A stretch of DNA of 64,000 bases from Cycas panzhihuaensis (Eukaryota; Plantae; Cycadophyta): contig CM041465.1 in assembly GCA_023213395.1 (NCBI GenBank), positions 76,143,741 to 76,207,740 on the forward strand, in the 5' to 3' direction. The notes beneath the pieces are model-generated. The model did no database searches. It saw only the letters and a list, made by a program, of their open reading frames with translations, and had not been told where the DNA came from. Of the stretch, positions 38,256 to 58,630 are shown piece by piece. Position 1 is the first letter of the stretch. Every line of letters starts with the position of its first letter. The position numbers and the translations under genes are program-made.

Positions 38256-41200
38256 CATTAGCTTGAGAGCATAACAGAATTGAGATTATAAGGTATACAT
38301 TACAAAATAAACAAAATTTTTCATATAAAATTTAAAGCATCGAGAAACACCTTTAGGCCATGAGGCTCATTTAAATAGTCAGGTCGTCGAGTTAACTCAA
38401 CATCTACCAACACTTTGTATCAATAAACACCATTGAAATATTTGGGTAGTGGATTGGCTAGGGTGGATAGAGTCGACTCCATGCCTCCCAATGTCACCAC
38501 ATTACCCTAATGATTATTATTCCATCATTCTCCCCTATAATGTTCATTAGGAATGACTTCAAGGTTTTCTCTAAACGTATGAAACTTGATTCTTCCAAGA
38601 GCCTTAGTAAAGATATATGTCACCTGTTCATCTATGCTATAATAAACTAATTCAATGTCATCTACTTGTACTAACTCCCTGATAAATTGATATTATGTTT
38701 CAATATGCTTTGTTCATCCATGAAACACTATATTACTTATTTAAATTGTACTTTGATTGTCACACATCATGTGTACATGTTTGTCATGTTTTATTTATAA
38801 GTCTTAGAGTAACTAATATAGCCAAACTATTTTACATGCTCGCTATTACTACTTTATATTCTACTTTGTAGGGATATTATGTTTTATTTCTTGGTACTCC
38901 AAACAATTGATGTTAATCCCATGCTAAAAGTATAAGAAGATATGGATTTTTACCATCAACACAACTCCGCCAGCTTTAAATCAGTAACCAATTGACCGAA
39001 ATTTATTTAGGACTTATAATATAATCCATAACTAATTATACCTTTTAGGTAACAAAGTATTCTCTTTGTTGTATGTTAATGTGTTACCTAGGTTCTTATA
39101 TAAACCTAGATACCATGCTTATTTAATGCAAAGTATCAAGACAAGTTAACATTAGGTAGATTAAACTATCAATCTGCTGCCTATAAAGTGTAGGATCAAC
39201 TAATGCGTAATCATCGACCTTGGATAGCTTTTATTCTAATTTATATTGGTATAGTGAATGCCTCAGTAATCATTCATCTTAAACTTTTAAAGCAAATCTA
39301 GTGCATATTTTCTTTGAGATACAAAAATACCATTTTCATCCTACCATACCTCCAAACCTAGGAAGTAATGCATAAGGCCCAAACTTGTCATCTCGAACTC
39401 TTTACACATGTCATCTTTAAACTTATATGATAATTCAGAGTCATTTTTAGTATAAACTAATTCATCAACATAGAGTCCCACAATAAGTATAGAGTCACCT
39501 TCAATCTTTATATAAAAGTTAGGATCTGATTAACTTTGTTTAAATCCTTGGTCTCTTAAATATTTATCTATCTTAAAGTACCAAGCTCTAGGTGCTTGTT
39601 TCAATCTATGCAAGGCTTTCTTAAATTTGTATACATTGTTTTCTTCCCCTTAACTTCAAAGACTTATGGTTGTTGGATATAGATATTCTCTCTTCTATAT
39701 ATCCATTTAGGAAGGCACTTCATTTGTTGGACAATCCATCTATTTTATGCAACAAAACTCAACATAAGACGATTATCTCTATTTGAGTTACAGAACAAAT
39801 ATTTCATTATAGTTGATTCCTTCAATTTGAGCATATCCTTTAGCTATTAGCCATGCTTTATGCTCATCAATAGATCCATCATATCTTGATTTTGTTTTGT
39901 AAATCCATTTGGTGATAATTGTTGATTTATTTAGAAGAAGGTTAACTAGTTCCCATGTGTCATTCTTGACCAAAGCATTGCACACCTCCTACATTATATT
40001 TTACCATTCCTATTTAGTATTAGCCTCTTCAAAGGTATGAGGCTCATATGAGTCCATGACTGCTCATTAAAATAAAGTTGACCCTATTGAGTGTATAGAT
40101 CTCTTTCAAAATTGTTATCAAGCATATTCACTAGGTCATATTGTCTTTGTACCCACTTTGGAACATTGGACCGAATGAGGAAAGTCTAACCTCATTAGGA
40201 CTTGACCTATATTGTGTTGGCACATTTAATGGTGCATTTATCAATGTAGGACGGAATCAAACTCTACCATGATATTCTTCCCTTTATCTTTTTAACTTCT
40301 ACCATGATATTTTTTCCCTTTGTCCTTTTCAACTTCTACTTTATAATAATCGCCCTTGAAGATAATATCTCACCATGATTATCTTCTTTCCTTGGGTCAA
40401 ATAATTCTATGTGATCTAGTTGAATCACAATATCCTATAAATATGTATTTAGTATATTTATTATTTGGTTTTGTTCTCTTCGCTCAAGTATATGAGCAAA
40501 TGCTGTACAAACCAAAGATTCTCAAGTGGTGAATACTTGGCTTGTGTCTTGTCTAAGCTTTTTTTGGTGTAACCCACATAAGGGCCTTTAGTGGTACACC
40601 TATTTATCAGATAAATGATTGTGTGTATAACATCCACCCAAAATTCATGCCTGTTACTTGTCCTAGCATACACCCACCATCTCAACAATGGTCTTATTCT
40701 TTCTTTCAGCTATTCCATTTTGTTATGGAGTATATAGATTAATATATTATTGCCTTAAGGCCATGATGGATACAAAAATCTTTGAATTCATTTAAAGTGA
40801 ATTTCACCTTGTCTGATTTAAGAGAGAGGATTTGATATCCACTTTATTTTTTCATAAAAGATTTTAAGTCAATAAAGCATTGATAAGTATGTAATTTGAA
40901 CTTTAGAAAATATACCCAAGTTTTTTTTGTAAAGTCATCAATGAACATCATGAAATATTTAGCTCCTCCAAATGAGGATACATCTATAGGACCATAAAAT
41001 TCTATGTATACTAATTGAGGGACCCTATGCTCTATAATTGTTATTCAGAAAGCTCTCTATGTTACTTTCCAAGTAGACACTCTTCACATATTTCTTTATC
41101 TCCTCTAATGATAGGTAAACATTCAACCATCTCCATTCTTTTCATTACGGCCAAGCTACTATAACTTAAATGGCCAAATCGTTTATGCCATGTGTCACTT

Positions 41201-44200
41201 CCAACTTTAGTAGAGGCTTTCAATGTATAGATATCTATTAGAGGAATAACTAGCTTAAATAGTTGATCACTAGTTACTTGTCCCTTAGCTATAATGGCTT
41301 TGTTCATACTTTTGTCTTTGATTATGTATTTTTTATTATTGGAGATGACCTTATAATCATGTTCCATTATTTGTCCTACTGAAAGAAAGTTCTTTTTCAA
41401 GGCAAGTATCTGTAGTACATCATCAATATACCTAGATTGTCCTAATTTTATGGTGATGGTAATATTGCCTTTACCAGTTGACTAATGTAAAGTGTTGTCT
41501 CCAAACATGATCATCTCTCTTTGGTTCTATCAATAGTTTTAAAGATTTCCTCCTTATGCATCATATGAGTTGAGCATCTTGAATCTATATAGAAGCTATC
41601 TTCTTCTTCATTGGCTATAAGACTTGATAAGAAAAGTCTATCATTTTCTATACTTTTAGTTATGTTATTTGCACTTCCTTTTTATTGGTTTGCATTTTAA
41701 AAAAAATAACAGTCTTCCATATATCCAATTTTATGGCACTATAAGCATTGTATTAGTCCTTTATTCCTTTGACTATGGCTTCTACTTCAGAGGATCATCT
41801 ACTTCTAGAGGTTGATCTACCTCTTCAAAAGATGGGGTTTGATTTTACCCTTGGCAACCCATATGATTTAGTCCTTAAAAGCATTGATTTTGACTTAGAT
41901 AACTCTCTTATCCTTGAAAATGATTATATCCATGGCAATAATGATTTTATTCTTGCATTCTACCTTTATTGTTGAAGTTATTCCTCCTTGGTACCTTAGA
42001 TTTGGTGGTTGGTATCTTTGAGGGAGGTTCTTGATATTATTACCTTAATTATTAATATCTAGGATTGACTCTAAACATGTCCTTCGTTCCTAGGTTTTGA
42101 TTCTTAATATGATTGTTGATTCCTTTCTCCTCTAGTGGAATGGATCCCTCCCTAAAACTTTGTCCTTGGTTACTTTGTTTAAATCTTGCCTTTGTGGCAA
42201 AGGCATATTCTAAGGTTTCTTATCCTTCTTCTTCTCTTCTACAAGAAGGAGCATGGCACTCAATCGCTCGATCTTAGGGTATTTAGATCCTTTAAAACTT
42301 CAATACTTGTAGCTACCATTTCAAATCATTTTACTTCTCCAATACATCTCAATATTCTCTCTATAACACTTTATTTGATTAATACTTTTCTAAGGGATCT
42401 TATCTGGTTGACTAGGTCTTAGATCTTGGTAATAAATTCATTAATACCTTCTCTTAGTGACATCTTTAAATTTTTAAACTTTCTTCTAAGGGATTGAAGC
42501 TTGGTTGAGACAACCTTCATAGATCGTTTTAAAGTGTCCCAAGCTTCCTTTAACGTAGTGGCTTTGCTCACTCTAGGAAATATATAGTCTTCTAGAGCAT
42601 AGAAAATAAGAGCTAAGGCTTTATTGTCCTTCTTAACACATTCTCTCAGAACTATTTTATCATCCAAAGTGGTATTTTCTAAGTTTATGAAATCTTTCCT
42701 CAACAAATTCTACATATGTTTGGCTATAAAAATAAGATTCATCCTCTTATTCTAATTAAAGAAATTGATTCCATCAAATTTGGATATAATCATATTTTCA
42801 AGGGTTATTTCTATTGTAACTCAACTATGTTTTAGTGTATCCTAAAGTTTTAAATTTATTTGTGTTATATCTACCTAGGGGTTTCTAATATAGAGTTATA
42901 TGTCTTAAGGTTTCTAAGGAATGCTCTTAGTTACTATCCGCCTAATGGCATCTACCCATAAGTGGCAAACTAGACCTAATACATCGGTACGTGAGCTCAA
43001 GGCTCAATATACCTCAAAGACGTAAGTTGCAAAAGAAGGTTAAAGACCTTCCTAATTTGTTGGTCCACCCACGCCGATCCTGCATTTAGTGATAGATCTA
43101 ACATTGAGAACTTGACCAACTAAGACACTCACCCCTTTAGGTCTATCTTTGTCTCCAAACTCTAAAAGGAAAAATATTCTCCACCTCGTACCTACCACCA
43201 AATACACTTGATATCCAATAGTTTTCTCAAAACTTAGAGTACACCAAAGGTGTGTATGTGGTAACTTCAGGGTCTTAATCATTCCTTCAAGGCTAAAATT
43301 AAGGTGGTTAATTCAAGAGTTATCTTGTTTAATGTAAAAAATTTAATCTCAAATGTGGTCTTCTTTACAAGCAATGATTCGTTTTACTAATAATTAAAAA
43401 TTTTAAAATATTCACAATGAAATGAAATGAAATCAACTCAAATGAAATATAAATGAGTCAAATAGTACTAAATGAAATAAATTAAAATAGAAAAAGGGTT
43501 TAGAATGCTCTTATTTGTATAAAATTAACCTAGATTATTTACTTCCCTTTCAAGAGCAAACCTACATCAAATTAGCCAAAAAATATTCATAGGTTTAAAT
43601 AATGAACTGAAATCTACTATCAATAGTTAGTACAATAATATATCATCAATATCCTTGAATAAATTTGAGAAATGCTCAAATAAGGACCAATTAGATAAGT
43701 TAATTTTTGCAGCTCAAGAAACCTATAAAATAACTTTAAATCAATGTCAAACTGATTCTAAAATATAGAACTCTGAGTGAGCTTTCTAACAGTTTAAATC
43801 ATTCAAAAAATGGACTCCTAGTTTGAAAGATACTAAGAAAATAGTATAGACACCTTTGTTATGGATAAAAATAAAAAGAGAGGTCCTTAAGCCCTTAACA
43901 AGATGGCCCCTGGTCACTAGGTTATTGCATGTGACCATCTACTAGGCTGTGAAAGGGGTGGCAAATTCTAAAGAATAAGAAATATGACTAATTTTTTCAA
44001 AATCTAAAATTATGAAATTTAACTTATTTGAGTTTCAAATATGTCCCTTTTTAAGAGGATAGGATCATAGGGGCCATAATGTCACCATTTTCTGGCAAAT
44101 GAAGGGGGTTGAACTCTAAATTTAATTAAATTTAATTAAATTTAATTTAAACTATATAAAAAATATATAAGAAAAGTAAATTTTTAATGAAAAAATAATC

Positions 44201-45338
44201 ACAAAGAGTTCGTGTGACTCACAGAGGAAGTTTAATTGATTAAATTGATCAAAAAGGAGCACTAAAACACATAAAAACTAATCAATTAGATCGATAGAGG
44301 ATGGACACCTACAATGTGGCAAAATTTTGAGAAAAAATAAATGAAAAAATATTTAAAAATGTTGGACGTGTAGTGTGTTTCAGTAGATAGAGAGATAAAT
44401 GATCTTACAGAAGAAATATCTCAATGATGGGGCAACAATTTTCTAAATCATCTATTATGTAGTGAAGTAGATTTAGCAAAGATCAAAACGAGCAGTTGTG
44501 TGCTTATGTTTCATTTGTTTGTTAAAGAACGAGAATCTATTGAAGTAAGGTCTCCTTGTTAAACCTGAAACTAAAAGTAAAAAACAATGAAATTAAAAAA
44601 AGAATTCTTAAGATCTGATTAAAAAACTCCTCCAAATTGATGTTGAGCTTCATATAATCAATGTATTTATAAAACAATGTTGGTTAGCAGATCAAAAAAT
44701 TGCCACATGGGCTATACAAAATACACAAAGGTACAGAGATTTGAGAAATATGTGTAATAAAATTATAAAAAATCAAATGTTTAACTATATGAAATGACCT
44801 TAGCATATGAAATAATATTGATCAATGAACATTGAGATGCCCTACAATAGTCTGAGAACACGAACATGCCACACACATCTACAAATACTGTAAAAACCTG
44901 CTAGTTTATGGATTATATCAAGTGCACAATACAATATCATGAATGTATAAATAATATTAAATGAAAACTATGTAAAAACTATATAAAATGAACAAATATT
45001 GAAATATATCAAACAATAAATTATCATGATGCTTCATGGCTCTAAATCGATGCACTGTGATATCAATTATTAGCTCAAGGGTAGAGCAAAACTAAGATTA
45101 TAAGATATACATTACAAAATAAATAAAATTTTCGTATAAAGTTGGCGGTGTTAAGAAACACCTTTGGACCATGAGGCTCGTTTAAATAGTCAGGCCGTTA
45201 AGTTGTCCCTACATCTACCGATGCTTTGTGTTAATAAACACCATTAAAATATTTGGGTAATGGGTCAGCTAGGGTGGCTGGAGTCAGCTCCACACTTTCC
45301 AATGCTACCACGTTGCCCTAATGATCATTATTCCATCA
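38256..45338 (-). mobile_element. Copia element A, copy 2 (LTRs 38256-38527 and 45068-45338; gag-pol ~38528-42814)
   Basis: Collinear with 11948-19089. ORF 41062-41400 has the same protein sequence as 14783-15121. Confidence 0.92.
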
Positions 45339-46351
45339 TTCTCCCCCATAGTATTCATTAGGAATGGCTCCAAGCTTGTCTCTAAACTTGTGAAACTTGA
45401 TTCTGCCAAGAACCTTAGTGAAGATGTCTACCACCTGTTCATTTATGCTTCAGTAAACCAATTTAATCTTGCCTGCTTGCACTAACTCCCTGATAAAGTG
45501 ATATTGTATTTCAATATGCTTCGATTATCCATGAAATACTAGATTATGTGTCATTTGAATTGTACTTTGATTGTCACACATCATGTGTGTAGGTCCATCA
45601 TATTTTATTTGTAAGTCTTAGAGTAACCGATGTAGCCAAATTATTTCACATACTTATGCTACTGCTACTTTATATTCTACTTCTACATTAGATAAGGATA
45701 CCGTGTTTTGTTTCTTAGTACTACAAGCAATTAATGTTGATTCCATGTTGAAAGTGTAACTAGATGTAGATTTTCTATCATCAACACAACCTGCCCAGTT
45801 TGAATCTGTGTAACCAATCAACCTGAAATTTATCAAGGACTTATAATGTAATCCATAACTAATTGATAGCCTTTTAAGATTTATATCAAAACAAAAATTA
45901 TATTACTATACTGTTATAGGGTAACGTAGGCCTCCTTTTTTCTGAGTAACATCTGTGGTGGATCAAAAATTTATTCTTATCCCATTGGCTTTACTTTATT
46001 CAAAATAAGTACCAAATAAAAGTGTATTTGAACTAAAAGAAATTATATACAATATGTACATTATGTACAAGATCCAATTGTTAGCTCGAGGGCATAGCAG
46101 AACTGAGATTATAAGGTATACATTACAAAATAAACAAATTTTCCATATAGAAGTGACAATATTGAGAAATATCTTTAGGCCATAAGGCCCATTTAAATAA
46201 TCAGGTCATTGGATTGCCCCAATGTCTACCGATGCTTGGTATTAATAAACACCATTAAAATATTTGGGTAGTGGGTTGGCTAGAATAACTAGAGTTAGCT
46301 CCACACCCCCCCCAATGCTACCACATTGCCCTAATGATCATTATTCCACCA
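45339..46351 (-). mobile_element. Element B RNase H tail and LTR3, copy 2 (LTR 46079-46351)
   Basis: GYTDSNWAGCVDDRKSTSSY. Collinear with 19090-20101. Confidence 0.9.
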
Positions 46352-46374
46352 ACCAAGTCCTTCTTGTAAGGCTA

Positions 46375-47250
46375 GTATGACTCACCACAATAATTGTTGA
46401 TTACCATTTATTAATATGAAATATTATATACATTTAGAGATGATTTTTCCCATTCATGGGTTTTCAACGTTAAACATGGTATTATATATGGTGTTTGCAA
46501 GATGACTCTTTGTCTTTATTCTTATTCATTTATTATATTTATTAGATGGTTAATTGATCATATGATTACATTTTCTCTTACTTCATTACATTAAATTGTT
46601 ATTTTGTGCAATAAACTTTAACATGGTATCCCACCTTCTGTATAAGTCATACATAAATTTTAATAGTTCAATTAAAGGTATTGGGAATGGGTTGGTCTTT
46701 GTGAAATTATTAAATGCTATAAAATCCACACAAATACTTAGCTCAATATTTTTCTTCTTTGCTATTACTATGAGACTCACTCATTCACTATTTATAATTG
46801 AATAAATGCATCCATCATTTACTAGCTTTTTCACTTCCTCTTGTATATTCTTTATATACTTGGAGTATAGCGTGCATGGTTTCTATCACATTAGCTTTAC
46901 TCCTTCTTTCAGCTTAATCCTCATTAATCCAACATGTTCAGGGATTCCTTTTAAGTCCTTGTTATGTCCAATCAAAAACATCATAGAATTTCTCAAAAAG
47001 CTCATGTACCTAGACCACAATATCATCTATCAATTATTCACTTGTATAAATATTCTTCAAATCATTGTTTGTGCCTACTTTCAATGATTCCTTTTAAATC
47101 CTTTCTAAGTCCAAATAAAAACATCACGTAATTCCTTGAAAAGCTCACATACCTAAGCCCCAATATCAACTATTAATTATTCACTTAATATGAATATTCT
47201 TCAAATCATCGTTTGTGCCTAGATTGTATTAGAATAATGCCCATTCACAT
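46375..47250 (-). mobile_element. Gypsy RT fragment, copy 2
   Basis: ORF 46586-46780 is nearly identical to 20337-20531. Confidence 0.88.
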
Positions 47251-48018
47251 ATCAATATTCAATCTTGATAGTTTAACTACAAACACTCCACATGTACCTA
47301 ACATGTCAAGGCAATGGTTAACTTTGAGTTGTATGCCAATGCTTGTTATCATTCCACCTATTTATCAAACAGAATCAATGACCTCGATGTTCATCAAAAC
47401 CACTCCTCTGTTGGTGAATTTGTTCCCTTCTTTGTACTTGTATGGTGCAAGTCAAGTTGGGGCCTCACCACCACCGTTTAGTACGAAAGCCATTTTCTTC
47501 AAAATTTGGTGCTCTCCGTGGAGAGATGCACCTGATCCATGTTTTCTGTTTTCAAGCATTCCATGCTCGTGGCATTTAGTGTTCTTGTTCGTGGGAGGCT
47601 GGGAAGCCTATGCCATTCATGTGTGTGGTATGTTTGAATTGCCGTTGATTGGCAATCCATAACCAAATGTGACTCTTCATTTTAAGTTTGTCAGTTGGTG
47701 GTATGATGTTTGTGTCATCCCTGACATCCGTCCCTCTGGGCACTTCATTCTCGCTGCCCATACGCGAGATCAGATGCGTCCAACCACAAAACATCCCATT
47801 CCCACGTTGAAATCTGTGAAAAGGCGCTCAGTGTGCAGTGCTGGTGCTCTTGGGTACCTCGCCGTGCTCCTGCTCCTACGCGTTGAAATCTGTGGTGTAC
47901 AAAGGCAGTCATTACATGGTCCCACAACTGTTACGGATCAGTCATCCAGCGCACTGCTACCTTACATCTCCATGTTGACCATTCTTCTGTCACATGTGTT
48001 GCTACCACGGCCACGTAC

Positions 48019-48080
48019 CGTCGCTGAAGTTCAAGACCCCGGAGAGGGTTATCATGTTGTCCGCATCTTCATCTTCAAAT
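48019..48080 (-). CDS. BCS1-like AAA-ATPase exon or fragment, copy 2
   Basis: Identical to 21769-21830, including splice sites. Confidence 0.7.
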
Positions 48081-48740
48081 CTGCAGACGTCGCACGAAAA
48101 CATACAAAAAATTGTAGGCAGAAGATATCCAAACGCCCAACAAAATGTAGGCAGGACGGACTTTTTTTTCTTTTAACATATATATATATTTTTTTGATAT
48201 CACAAAAACTTAATGAAATTGAATTCCATTTTAATTCCAAAGCAGGATAGCCTCCCATTCCTCAATACGTAGGTTATGTGAAGAACACGGTATGATGAGG
48301 GCATTATTTTTCAAAGAGGCTACCATCTAGTCTTAAGATTTGTGTACTTACTGCTATGTTTACTAACACAACTTTTACCTATAGTCTCTATTTTTCAAGT
48401 CACTTAAATTGTTATAATCTTTACTTATGTAATTTTAAAACAGATAATCACATGAACTATATTTAGATTTGACTTATATCAAATTTTTAAAGTTTGAAAT
48501 TAATTCAAATTGTAGACTTTTTACAAGTTGATCAAAATGTAAAACATTACAAAATTTGTTTATTGTACTCCAATCAATTAATAGAAAATTACTATTTAGA
48601 AGTGTAGTTTTAATTCGAACATTAGTGTTTGTTCCAAAGTTGAAATAGGGATAATTTGGTACATCATTTGTTATTGTTGGTGTAATTTTTCTATCATTCA
48701 CCTTTATGTTTCAAATAAATTTTGCACAATATCCTCAAGT

Positions 48741-51090
48741 ATGACCAATTCTATAGTTTCCAAATTTGAAGGGACGAACTATATGAATTAAAGGCAAAGA
48801 ATGAAGCATGCTTTTATTTCAAAGACGTGGGATCTCATTTACAATGCATATAGCAAACCTAATCAAAATATAGCTTTTAATGAAGTTAAAGTCATTTAGC
48901 AAAATGAAAAAAGAGATAATAAAACTCTTTATTTAATTTTGTGCTTTAAAAGACCATATTATTCCTCATGTCAACAAGGCAAAGACATCCAAAGAAACTT
49001 AGAATGTGCTAAAGATTGCATACAAAGGAATAGTGACAACGAAGTTATAGATTATAAAGACCAAGTTCAAGGGTAATAGGATAAACTATATTGAATCCAT
49101 GAATGACTATATAATGAAAATCTAAGGTCTTGTCAACCAGATGGGAGTTCTTAGTGAATCAAGAGTAGTAGAGAAAATCTTAAGAAGTGACAAAAAGATT
49201 AAACTTGAAATGGTTGTAAATGGTATTAAGGTGTAGAAAGATTTCAATACAATGAAGATTGATAAACTTAATTGCATTCTACTTATAATTAAGGAGAAAA
49301 GGAATGTAGGAGAAACATTAGAGTGTGTCTTGGCCATCAAGCCTAAAATTAAAAATAATAGACCTTCACAAAGTTATTTTAAAGGACAAATAAGAGGAAC
49401 ATAACAAAACTTTAAGGGAAGAGGTCAAAGTCCAAGAGAACAAAACTTCAAAAATCAAGGACATAGTTTTAGAGGGCAAACCAATCAAGGATAAAATTTC
49501 AAAGGACATAACTCTAAAGAAAGAGGACTAAGTCTAAGAGGAAGAGACCTAAATCAAGGTCAAAGTACAAGGAATTATGATTGATGTAGAACCAAATACA
49601 AACGTACTTATGAATCCTAGCATAAGAGGAATAAAAACATCTAGCTCAAGTCAAAATAATAAGAAAACTCCTAAATAGATTCAAAGGAGTCATATTCCTT
49701 AACATATCCTTAATACAAACGTTAAGCTAAAGATCACAAGATCTCAAAGTATGGTGAATTTTGTCTTAATGGAACAAGTTATGAAAAATGGTAAGCCTCA
49801 AAACTTTGAAGAGATTAACACTCATGATGGATGGAATAAAGTTATAGAAGAAGAATGTGAAGACTTAGTAAAAAAATGACACGAAGAGGTTGGTAGAATT
49901 GACACCTAAAGATAATATAATTAGTATAAAATTGGTCTATAAGACTAGGTATAAATTAAAAAGGTTAATTGACAACACAAGGCTTATTTATAGTTGCAAA
50001 ATGATATGCATAATAACAAGTTATTAATTATAGTAATACAATTGCACTTGTTACTAAGGTGAGAAAAGTTGGAATAACTCTAGCCTTAGTTGCATAACAT
50101 GGATAGACCATCTCCTAGGATGTAAAAAATGCATTTCTAAATGACTATGTGGAAAATGAAATTTATGTCCTACAATTAAGAGGATTTGAAGTTAAAAGGA
50201 AGAAAACCACAATCTACAAGTTAAAAAAAACCTTTGTATGGTTTTAAACAAACACTTAAAGCATGGTACTCTATGATTGATAATTACTTTAAAAATAAAG
50301 GATTCTTAAAAGCCAATATGATTCCAACTTATATGTTAAGTTGAATTGAGCATCAATCTTGATTATAAGAATATATGTTGATGATTTGATCTATATTGAG
50401 AATAGCCAATATTTGTTCTAAAAATTCAAGGCAAACATATAAAGAATTTTATATGACTAACTAGGGATAAATACACTACTTCACGCATTGAAGTATGGCA
50501 AGATAATAACAACATATTTATCTCACAAATGAAATATACCATGAATATACGACATGGACAGTTAAAAACCACTTACAACACCTATAGAGGTTAGACATGT
50601 ATGCTAAAACCACTTACAACACCTATAGAGGTTAGGTTAAAGTTGTCTAAATATGAAGTGTTTAATTTAGTTGATCTTATTTATATAGGCATATGATCGA
50701 AGTATTGCATATCTTACTACAACTTGGTAATGTAATCAGTGTAATTTTTAAATGTATATAAAAGACTAAAACAATATATTAACAACTAGTCTAATGTATC
50801 CTCAAATATCTCATTGGTATGCCTTCTATTTAGGCTTAGTGGTTTCTTGATTTACAAATAAGCAATCTACAACATCATCTTCTACTATAGAAACAAAGAG
50901 TATAAGGAAGTTATTACAAGAGCATATGAAATAGTTTAGTTTAAGAAAATTCTACAAGAATTATAGGAAGAATAAGATGGACCTACACAATAACTTTGTG
51001 ACAACTAAAATATCATACGTATGACTAGAAATACAAAGGTCTCATAGCAAGACTAAGTATATAAAACATATATTAGAAGTAATGATTAAT
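48741..51090 (+). mobile_element. Copia element G, copy 2
   Basis: Collinear with 22489-24860. Confidence 0.85.
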
Positions 51091-51874
51091 TGCTTTATTG
51101 TAAAGATGTATCATGGCATTATATCCCCCACTCTCTTATCTATCATTATTAAATTATAAATACTATTAAGTTGTGTGTATGTGTTCACCTATTCATGTAA
51201 TGTCCCATTGGTGGACTTAAAGGTTCTCTTATATTATTGATTAGATATGAAGTCAATTATACTTATAAGTATATACATTCACCTAATGCAATTCTTTAAA
51301 AGATGATCGTTATTCCATTATGTAATTGTGTCTTATAATATATATATTTCATATCATCTTGCTTTCATGTTCATTTTATTTTAGCTTCATTAGATGTCCT
51401 CAGATTATAGAAATTAGTTATTTATTATTTTCCTTCTAACAAATGGTATCATGTTGAATTTAATTCTAATAAGTAGTATCAAGTCTAGTCTGCTCAATAT
51501 GAGATGTCTGTGATTGATCCCATGATTTTGAAAATGACACTACAAGAATTTTTTAGCTAATTTTTTCCCATGGAGTCAAGATTAGTTTGAGGACCTACTA
51601 GCCTATTTATGCTAGTTTCAAGTCATAATCATGTATCAAGGGCTTGATTGAAAAGATAATGATGAGAATTTGTTTATTATAAAGTTTTTAGATATTATTT
51701 TATATATGTGGGTATATAAAAATTTAGAATTCAAATAATACCATATTAGAATGTACTCATAATATATAACAAAAGTATATCAAATATATATAATGGCTTA
51801 ATCATATTATAAGGAATGTACACAATTCATATAATGTAAGATCAACAAATAAAGTAATAACATGAAATATAAAG

Positions 51875-58630
<6,756 letters not shown>

